From the NCBI GenBank assembly GCA_027320085.1, contig DAHVLZ010000009.1:224001-288000 (forward strand): a stretch of 64,000 nt of DNA, in the 5' to 3' direction. The position numbers and the translations under genes are program-made. The notes under the pieces were generated by a model. It ran no database searches and was not told where the DNA came from. It saw only the letters and a list, made by a program, of their open reading frames with translations. The stretch is from Pseudomonadota bacterium. GTDB taxonomy: Bacteria; Pseudomonadota; Gammaproteobacteria; JAKAQQ01. Shown here piece by piece: positions 56,924 through 64,000 of the stretch. Position 1 is the first letter of the stretch. Each line of letters begins with the position of its first letter.

Positions 56924-59398
56924 ATGGCTGTTGGTCTAGCGGTCTGGATTCTGGTTTTACTGCTCGGACTTTTCTTTTCCGCCCTCGTTCGTATACAGCT
57001 ATGGCTCACCAGCCTCGCCCTCGTCGTTTGGCTGGGGCTACTTACCCTGGTTTTTCACAACTCCACCGCCTACCTGATTGGCGGTGTTGGAGTGTTGTTG
57101 CTTGTTCTCATCAACCGGACACCAGTCCGGAAGCATCTACTCACACAACCCCTGTTTAGCTGGTATCGGAGGGTGCTACCGGAAATCTCCGAAACAGAAA
57201 AGGAAGCGCTTGCGGCTGGCACCGTATGGTGGGAAGGGGAGTTTTTCAGCGGTCGGCCGCGGTGGGCACGGCTACTCAACACGCCAAAACCGTCCCTTCG
57301 CGAGGAGGAGCGTCGTTTCATCGAGGGGCCAGTCGAAAAGCTATGTAGCATGCTGGACGATTGGAAGATCACCCATGAGTGGGCAGACTTGCCGCCGCCC
57401 GTCTGGGATTTCCTAAAATCTCAGGGATTTTTTGCTCTCATCATTCCACCAGCCTATGGAGGGCTCGGCTTCTCAAGCTATGCGCATTCCGAGATTCTCG
57501 TTAAAATTGGATCGCGCTCGACTACAGCGGCCTCCGTGGTAGCAGTTCCCAATTCGCTCGGGCCGGCGGAACTTCTCCTACACTACGGAACCCCAGAACA
57601 AAAATCGTATTACCTGCCGAGACTCGCCAGCGGAAAGGAAGTCCCTTGTTTTGCCCTGACGGGACCGTATGCCGGCTCCGACGCCAGTTCGATCCCGGAC
57701 ACCGGTATCGTCTGTCATGGAAACTGGAAGGGTCAGTCCGTCTTGGGGATCCGACTCAACTTCGAGAAGCGCTACATCACCCTTGCACCGGTGGCAACAC
57801 TTATCGGTCTAGCCTTCAAGCTCTATGATCCCGACCACCTACTTAGCGGCCGTGTTGACCGAGGCATCACCTGCGCCCTCTTGCCCCGGAACCTTGATGG
57901 ACTGGAAATCGGGGAACGGCACTTCCCACTCAATATTCCGTTCCAGAACGGACCCATCCGTGGACACAACGTCTTTATCCCCCTGGATCAGATCATCGGT
58001 GGGCCCCAGTTGATTGGCCAGGGTTGGCGCATGTTGATGGAAAACTTGGCTGCAGGCCGTTCCATATCCTTGCCCGCAAACGCAACCGGCGCAGCCAAGA
58101 CAGCCGTATGGACGACCGGAGCTTACGCTCGGATCCGGCGTCAGTTTCATATCCCAATTGGGCATTTCGAAGGTGTCCAAGAAATTTTGGCCCGAATGGG
58201 TGGTTTCCTCTATATCATGGACGCCGCGCGCCGCATGACTGTCGCAGCCAACGATCTAGGAGAAATTCCAGCGGTCCCTTCTGCGATCGCCAAGTTTCAC
58301 GTTACAGAGATGGGGCGTCAGCTGGCACTTGATGCCATGGATATCCAAGGAGGCAAAGGTATCGTTCTCGGCCCCAGAAACTGGATCGGTCGGGGGTTCC
58401 AGGCAGTACCGATCGCCATCACAGTTGAGGGTGCGAATCTGCTGACCCGCAATCTGATTATTTATGGCCAGGGCGCCATTCGCTGTCACCCGTACGTTCT
58501 CAAGGAAATGGAAGCCGCCCGCGAACCGGATGGGAAAAAGGCACTCACCCGCTTCGACCGACTGGTATGGGCCCACGCGGGACTATTCCTAAGCAATGCT
58601 ATCCGAAGCTGGATCTTCGGATTCCGGGCTGCGCACATTGCCAAAAGTCCGGTTACGGGACCGACCAAGCGATTTTACCAGCACCTCGAACGCTATTGCG
58701 CATCCTTTGCTCTCCTGTCGGATGCCACGCTGCTCGCCCTAGGTGGCGATCTCAAACGGAAAGAACGCCTGTCCGCGCGCCTCGGTGATCTCCTCAGTTA
58801 TCTCTACCTCGCCTCTGCCGTCCTTAAACGGTTCGAAGATGAAGGCCGGCCGGAGATTGACGTCCCTCTTGTCGAGTGGTCCTGCCGCTGGCTTATCTAT
58901 CAGTTCCAAGAAAGAACCCATGATTTTCTGAGGAACTTCCCGAATCGCACACTTGCACTATTTCTCAGGATGCTGGTCTTCCCAACGGGACGAACTTATT
59001 CTGCACCTTCCGACCACCTATCCCGTGAAGTCGCGCACCTTCTCACCAGCATCAACGAAGCGAGAGATCGCCTCACCACGGGAATCAGCACCGCAGGTGA
59101 TGCCGCACGCCCCTTGGTGCAACTTGAAGAAGCTCTCTCTCAAGTGGAGGCAGTGGAAGCGTTGGAACGGAAAATTCGGGCTGGCGGGGTACCACCCACA
59201 CTGGCACAAACCGACGCCGACCGTGCCCGTTGGGCGCATGAGCAGGGACTCTTGACGGAAGCCGAATGGACAACTCTCGACCGCTTTTACCACTTGGTCT
59301 ATGAAATCATCTCGGTTGATGCCTTCCCTCCCGATGCCTTGGGGACCCGACCGATTGATCGCCCTCATGAGACAACGGGCATGCCCGGCACAAACTAG
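56924..59398 (+). CDS. fadE: Acyl-CoA dehydrogenase FadE
   Basis: N-terminal TMs, AGTVWWEGEFFSG.P.W, VPNSLGPAELL, CFALTGPYAGSDA, KRYITLAP, ITVEGAN.LTR. Confidence 0.95.
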   Translation: MAVGLAVWILVLLLGLFFSALVRIQLWLTSLALVVWLGLLTLVFHNSTAYLIGGVGVLLLVLINRTPVRKHLLTQPLFSWYRRVLPEISETEKEALAAGTVWWEGEFFSGRPRWARLLNTPKPSLREEERRFIEGPVEKLCSMLDDWKITHEWADLPPPVWDFLKSQGFFALIIPPAYGGLGFSSYAHSEILVKIGSRSTTAASVVAVPNSLGPAELLLHYGTPEQKSYYLPRLASGKEVPCFALTGPYAGSDASSIPDTGIVCHGNWKGQSVLGIRLNFEKRYITLAPVATLIGLAFKLYDPDHLLSGRVDRGITCALLPRNLDGLEIGERHFPLNIPFQNGPIRGHNVFIPLDQIIGGPQLIGQGWRMLMENLAAGRSISLPANATGAAKTAVWTTGAYARIRRQFHIPIGHFEGVQEILARMGGFLYIMDAARRMTVAANDLGEIPAVPSAIAKFHVTEMGRQLALDAMDIQGGKGIVLGPRNWIGRGFQAVPIAITVEGANLLTRNLIIYGQGAIRCHPYVLKEMEAAREPDGKKALTRFDRLVWAHAGLFLSNAIRSWIFGFRAAHIAKSPVTGPTKRFYQHLERYCASFALLSDATLLALGGDLKRKERLSARLGDLLSYLYLASAVLKRFEDEGRPEIDVPLVEWSCRWLIYQFQERTHDFLRNFPNRTLALFLRMLVFPTGRTYSAPSDHLSREVAHLLTSINEARDRLTTGISTAGDAARPLVQLEEALSQVEAVEALERKIRAGGVPPTLAQTDADRARWAHEQGLLTEAEWTTLDRFYHLVYEIISVDAFPPDALGTRPIDRPHETTGMPGTN

Positions 59399-59478
59399 CT
59401 TGGATAACCGAGAAACAACCAGCGCGGATCCTAGGAGCAACCTCAGAGAGCGATTTAGGATTGTGCCGGATCTGTGCC

Positions 59479-60099
59479 CTAGGAGTCAGCGTACTGAGTG
59501 CCCGGCTCAATCTTCCAATGCCAGCATGGTCTGACACCGGACGGAGAAGGGCATACCCTCCCCGGACATGCGGTGAGATGCCAGTGTTTGAGCTCTGGCC
59601 GTTTCTCAAGCAGGTACCGCATCCCAGCTTGCCATGGTAAGGGAGCTGCCCGCCTGCGGATCGCACCCTCCGGGAACAGGCAAATAACCGTTTCTGACGG
59701 CGAGCGGAGCAGGCGCCTCAGTCCGAACGGGCTGCGCATGGATAATGCCAGGTAATCATGTCTCCAGAGTCCACACCAAAGACTAATCCAGCGAGACCAG
59801 AACCAAGTCCTGGCAAAATCAGGATGAACGGCAAAAATAGCTTTCCGCTCAAGCCAAATCGCAAGTAGCGGTCCATCCCAGTAACTCACATGATCAGCGG
59901 TCAACAAAATCGGCCCTGTGGATGGAAGATCACCTTCAATCTGGGGTCTTAGAAACAGCCGTAAAATGCCACGCAGGATGACCTTGGGAAAGCCCGGATT
60001 AATTACACCAATCCCGCGATCAAACACAGGACCACCCAGAGACCCAGAGACACCTTGAGTTTCTCGCAATCCCAGCTTGCGGATTGACCCTAAACCCAC
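59479..60099 (-). CDS. Stand-alone PlsC-type acyltransferase resembling the N-terminal domain of Aas
   Basis: HVSYWD (HxxxxD), FAV, FPEG; start uncertain (GTG 60099 or 60027). Confidence 0.72.
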   Translation of the reverse strand: MGLGSIRKLGLRETQGVSGSLGGPVFDRGIGVINPGFPKVILRGILRLFLRPQIEGDLPSTGPILLTADHVSYWDGPLLAIWLERKAIFAVHPDFARTWFWSRWISLWCGLWRHDYLALSMRSPFGLRRLLRSPSETVICLFPEGAIRRRAAPLPWQAGMRYLLEKRPELKHWHLTACPGRVCPSPSGVRPCWHWKIEPGTQYADS

Positions 60100-60351
60100 T
60101 TAAATGAAGGGTTTTTAGTCCCCGGTGACCCCGAAATCCCGAACCCGGGCGCGTGAGCTCAGCAATAGCAATACTTGGGCTGAGAATCCAGATAGCCTCC
60201 TTTTTTCGATCCCGGGTGTCACAATAGGATTAAACTTTTATAACGCGAATCGGGTCCTACCAGAGCAGGCTATACTGGTCATCCTAGGGGACTTGGAAAC
60301 GTTTAATTACCGTTTGAGATTTCCCAAGGGTTGGTTTTCGAGGTTTTCGTC

Positions 60352-60945
60352 ATGATGAAGCTTTCGCGTTTCCTGATTTTGTTTGCAGGGCTCTTGCTCC
60401 TTGCCGGTTGTGTCTCTCCGGTCGGTGTAGAAACGTCACGGACCGCGCATTTTGCTGGTTTACAAGATTTTGCCTGGTTGAAATCGGGCAAAACCCCACT
60501 CAAGAACCCCATCGTCGATAGTGGTATCGTCTCCCATCGGATTAAGCAAGCGGTCATTGAAGCCTTGAGAAACAGAGGTTTTTCATACCGGAAACATCGC
60601 TCCCAAGCGCAGTTCCTCGTCACGGATCATCTGATCAGCCACAGGGAGATGGTTATGAACCCACCGCTCTTCTACGGCTACGGGTTCTATGGAGACCCCT
60701 TCTTCCCGGGCTATGACGATGATGGGTTCTTTGGCCCCGGACCAATCGGATACGGCTATTTTGGACCCTACGGCTATGGCTACTCCTACCCCGTGGCAGT
60801 TTTGGTCATCGATGTCCTTGACGCCAAAAAACACCGGCTGATCTGGAGAGGATGGGTTACCCGCAGAATTAGTCAGTCCAACTTCTCGGCTGCTGCAATC
60901 TATCGGGATGTCAACCGCATTTTGGACCACTTCCCAGCCCGGTGA
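60352..60945 (+). CDS. DUF4136-like lipoprotein
   Basis: Lipobox LAGC, FAW, L.NRGF, G/Y/F/P-rich insert, LVIDVLDA....LIWRG. Confidence 0.85.
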   Translation: MMKLSRFLILFAGLLLLAGCVSPVGVETSRTAHFAGLQDFAWLKSGKTPLKNPIVDSGIVSHRIKQAVIEALRNRGFSYRKHRSQAQFLVTDHLISHREMVMNPPLFYGYGFYGDPFFPGYDDDGFFGPGPIGYGYFGPYGYGYSYPVAVLVIDVLDAKKHRLIWRGWVTRRISQSNFSAAAIYRDVNRILDHFPAR

Positions 60946-61113
60946 AACCCGCCATCCGGTTCTTGAAAGACTTTGGGCCAGCACTGGAGCAATTTCCCCG
61001 AACTGGGAGCACCCCCTTGAAACGGGCAGGACAGCGCAGAATACGGCTGATCGCAGCATTACGATGAGACTCATGTCGGCCATCTTCCTCCACTCCCGCG
61101 CCGGGAGTGTGGG

Positions 61114-61977
61114 GTGAGTTCGCCTTACATTCCTTATTTCGGTCTGCGCGAGGAACCCTTCGGGATGACGCCCGACCCGCGCTTTCTTTTTTTGAGCCGG
61201 CAACACCAAGAGGGACTTGCTCATCTTCTCTATGGTCTGACACAAGAAGGAGGTTTCGTCGAGCTATCAGGAGAAGTGGGAACCGGCAAAACGACCTTGG
61301 TTCGCCGCCTGCTTGAACAATCACCTGCTGGCGTTGAAGTCGCGCTCATTTTGAATCCTAAGCAAACTCCCAAGGCCTTTACCCTGAATCTCCTGCGCGA
61401 ACTCCGAGCAGACTTGAGCCCAAATGCAAGCCGCCTTGATCTCCCAACGCTGGTCGGGCTTGTATACCAGCAGTTGTTTTCAATTTACCGAAAGAGCCAA
61501 CGGGCCATTCTGATTGTTGACGAGGCCCAAGCTCTCTCGGTCGAAACGCTGGAACAAATCCGACTTCTGACGAATCTCGAAACCTACCAAGAAAAACTCC
61601 TCCAAATTGTTCTCGTCGGCCAACCAGAAATTGACGAACTTCTAGATGGAGCAGCGCTCAGGCCCCTTCGAAACCGGATCACAGCACGCTTCCATCTAGG
61701 ACCGCTGACTGCCCGTGAAACATCCGAGTACATCACCCATCGACTGGCAGTTGCCGGCTTGGCCTCGACTCTGTTCACTCCAAGCGCCACCCGCTTGATC
61801 CATCGCCATGCCCGCGGATTTCCCCGCACCATCAACATTTTGTGCTCCAGAGCCTTACTTGCAGCGTACGTCACGGGAGACCGCATAGTGGGGCGAAATT
61901 TGGTCCACCAAGCTGCCCGGGAACTTTCTGGTCGTTCTACGCCAAGGTTCTGGTCACGCTGGCTCCGCCCTTCCTAA
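61114..61977 (+). CDS. ExeA/GspA-family AAA ATPase, short form
   Basis: YFGL.EEPF..TPDPRFLF, GEVGTGKTT, LIVDEAQ, LVGQPE, G.PR.IN.LC.RALL. Confidence 0.92.
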   Translation: MSSPYIPYFGLREEPFGMTPDPRFLFLSRQHQEGLAHLLYGLTQEGGFVELSGEVGTGKTTLVRRLLEQSPAGVEVALILNPKQTPKAFTLNLLRELRADLSPNASRLDLPTLVGLVYQQLFSIYRKSQRAILIVDEAQALSVETLEQIRLLTNLETYQEKLLQIVLVGQPEIDELLDGAALRPLRNRITARFHLGPLTARETSEYITHRLAVAGLASTLFTPSATRLIHRHARGFPRTINILCSRALLAAYVTGDRIVGRNLVHQAARELSGRSTPRFWSRWLRPS

Positions 61978-61989
61978 GGAATCGCCGAC

Positions 61990-62574
61990 TTGTCCATCAT
62001 TCTGGATGCACTCAGGAAGGCCGAGCTGGAGCGAAGCCACCGGGAAAGGGATTTCCTCTCGACACCTCCTGATCTTCGACCCCAGCGCAAGCGCGTGCAC
62101 TGGTTCATTTGGGCAGTTGCTGGCGTGTTCTGTCTGATCCTGGGAGGATTTATCACCTCTGAGATTTCCACTTGGCTCCACCCTCACCCAGCCGTCTCAT
62201 CGCCGGCTGCCCCCGTTCCACCCAGGCCTGTAGTTCGGAAAACTCGCACGAAAATAGGGTCTTCGACATCGACCGTCGGACATTCCACGCATCCGCACAC
62301 GCGGACAATAGCGAGGCCTGCGCCTATTGAGCCATCGCACCAACCAAACGTTGCATATGAAGCGGCCAAGCCCGGTGTTCTACCCACCAACCTGGGCTGG
62401 CATATCCAGGTTTTTAGTTGGAATCCCAATCCCGCCCAACGCTTTGTTGTGATCAATATGCAAACCTATCGGGCGGGCGCATTGCTCCCGGGAAGGGTTC
62501 GACTCGTTCAGATCCTCCGTCAGGGAATTCTTATCCGAGACCGGAACCGACTCTACCTTTTTCCCCGCCCTTGA
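61990..62574 (+). CDS. ExeB/GspB-like protein
   Basis: MSIILDALRKAE.ER, single TM, Pro-rich linker, RFVVIN...YR.G. Confidence 0.85.
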   Translation: MSIILDALRKAELERSHRERDFLSTPPDLRPQRKRVHWFIWAVAGVFCLILGGFITSEISTWLHPHPAVSSPAAPVPPRPVVRKTRTKIGSSTSTVGHSTHPHTRTIARPAPIEPSHQPNVAYEAAKPGVLPTNLGWHIQVFSWNPNPAQRFVVINMQTYRAGALLPGRVRLVQILRQGILIRDRNRLYLFPRP

Positions 62575-62644
62575 ACCCGTGACGGGGCAGAGTCTGATCT
62601 TTGCCGTTAGCGCAAGAGAAAGCTCCTCCACTTCTGGTAATATC

Positions 62645-64000
62645 ATGCTGATGATGAATAGAAAACCGACGCTTGCGGGCCGCCGGGGAGTGGGTTGTTT
62701 CCTAATTGGCTTGGCGGCTTTCCCCTGCCTGACCTGTGCCGTCGCGGCGGGTACTGTTGGCGTGCCGGGGTCTGGTGTACATCGGGGATTCCGAGAGGAA
62801 CGCTCGGGTTTTATCCAAGGGCTTAGAAATACCCCCCGCACTTGGTTACGTCTTAAGCGCCTGACCCATTATTCAAGAAATGGAATCGCCCGATACGCCC
62901 TGATTTTCGGTACACCACCCGACTTATCCTCTTCAAACTTGAAACCGCTAACGGTTTTTATAACTCCACCTCTTAACCGTCCAGGCTATACCATCTCGAT
63001 GGTTGCCCAAACCCTTTTCCGTCAGCTGACCAACCGCCAACTCAGGCACCATCTCCTCGGTCATCTAACCTTTGTCCTTTTTCTGCCCGATAGAACTGTT
63101 GCGCATGGAACTGGCGGCGGGCACGACGCCCGGATTCCGGGTCTTCGCAGCCCTTGGGATAACCAAGACATAGACTTGCTCAAGGCCCATTCGCAGAGGG
63201 TCCGGGACTGGCTCCGCTTGTTCCATCAGTGGAACCCAGATGTGGTGATGGAACTCGCAGGTACCGAAACCGCAAACTGGCGAGCTCAATGTCTTTTTGA
63301 GAGCGCGCCCGCTGCTCTCCTCCCTGCTCCGCTGTCTGATCTCTCCCATCGCCTCCGTTCCGAGGCCCGATCTACCTGGCAACAACACGATGTACAGGTC
63401 CGTACCTGGTTTCGACTACTCAACCCTGCAAGCCCGAGCCTTGGAGTCATCACGGAACGCGGTCAGCTCTCGGGTCCGGTTCCCTACAGTGCATTAAGCC
63501 GTACGCTAGCCTTTCGCTGGATCTGGAACGACAAGCCAAAGGGTCAGCATCTCTCTACAAAAATTTGGCAAACTTTGGATCCCTGGTTCGACCTCCTGAT
63601 CCAGGATCGCTCCAAGATTCTCCGTGCCAGAGCCCAATCACGTACTAGCGGAGATGGCAAACCTGTCGTGGTCCATCTACCCCTGTCCGGGAAAATCGTA
63701 CGTAAAGCAACCCCATTTCTGCTCCATACATACGCCTACGACGAAACTCTGAGCCCGATTTCTGGGACAGTCTGGGTCCGTTACAACAAGCATCAACCTC
63801 AGAATTACTTGGTTCCACGTTTTACTCGGCCGTTCCTGACCCTGAAGCAGTCCGGCATTTCTGGCTATCTCGTACCATCGGTTTTTGTTCGCGCAATACA
63901 AGCGCTCAAACGGAATGGAATACGAATGAAGATTTTGCACAAAGCTCGGACACTACGCGTCATCGTTGATCAACTGGGAAGGATCCGGTGGAGTATTCCA
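62645..64000 (+). CDS. Long exported protein running off the right edge, similar to M14 metallocarboxypeptidase-family proteins but lacking the Zn-ligand motifs (not in ORF track)
   Basis: Manual translation: 452 stop-free codons from ATG 62645; signal-like N-terminus; DLLKAHS..VR.WLRLFHQWNPD, SPISG.VWVRY, GYLVP...AI..LK.NGI. Confidence 0.75.
   Translation, partial: MLMMNRKPTLAGRRGVGCFLIGLAAFPCLTCAVAAGTVGVPGSGVHRGFREERSGFIQGLRNTPRTWLRLKRLTHYSRNGIARYALIFGTPPDLSSSNLKPLTVFITPPLNRPGYTISMVAQTLFRQLTNRQLRHHLLGHLTFVLFLPDRTVAHGTGGGHDARIPGLRSPWDNQDIDLLKAHSQRVRDWLRLFHQWNPDVVMELAGTETANWRAQCLFESAPAALLPAPLSDLSHRLRSEARSTWQQHDVQVRTWFRLLNPASPSLGVITERGQLSGPVPYSALSRTLAFRWIWNDKPKGQHLSTKIWQTLDPWFDLLIQDRSKILRARAQSRTSGDGKPVVVHLPLSGKIVRKATPFLLHTYAYDETLSPISGTVWVRYNKHQPQNYLVPRFTRPFLTLKQSGISGYLVPSVFVRAIQALKRNGIRMKILHKARTLRVIVDQLGRIRWSIP

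Noticed and set aside
60670-60790. Repeated TACGG(C)TA / Gly-Tyr-Phe-Pro low-complexity tract
   Set aside because: It is a coding low-complexity insert typical of DUF4136 lipoproteins, not a DNA repeat element.
63065-63940. Short ORFs 63065-63388, 63297-63497 and 63677-63940, or a pseudogene interpretation of the right end
   Set aside because: The region is covered by one uninterrupted plus-strand ORF from 62645 to the window end.
1-64000. Search for CRISPR arrays, tRNA/rRNA, IS/transposases, integrases, prophage, reverse transcriptase or defence genes
   Set aside because: I saw no spaced direct repeats, tRNA-like motifs or such protein signatures; nearly all sequence is explained by the genes listed.

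Overview
Compact, mostly core chromosomal region of a gammaproteobacterium. Synteny resembles Xanthomonadales/Steroidobacter-type genomes, and the very Arg/His-rich exported proteins suggest an acidophile (inference). It contains spoT(partial)-rpoZ-gmk, rph-rdgB, pepN, hemW, rpmE-gltA, mrcA, pilMNOPQ-aroKB-pyrF-hemE, hemB-aroE, tag, LysM-smg-topA-tsaC-hemF, def-fmt-rsmB-DUF4390-ntrYX, folE, mntH-usp, a YtrA/GntR ABC operon with a clear promoter/operator, a Kef-like/Kup/Kv-beta-like potassium locus, an APC permease, rocD, mdh, qor, fadE, exeA/exeB-like genes and a long unlisted ORF running off the right end. I found no rRNA, tRNA, CRISPR, IS, prophage or defence genes. The best novelty candidate is a co-oriented four-gene cluster of predicted exported proteins (50693-53069): a diheme cytochrome c4, an apparently circularly permuted thioredoxin-fold protein with DxxC in place of CxxC, a small His/Cys-rich helical protein and a conserved hypothetical protein. 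Other themes are missing canonical neighbours (yicC, dprA, trkAH), truncated or motif-degenerate proteins (M14-like, Aas-like, ExeA, NTase-like) and long tail-to-tail gene overlaps. All family calls come from motif recognition by eye, not database searches.
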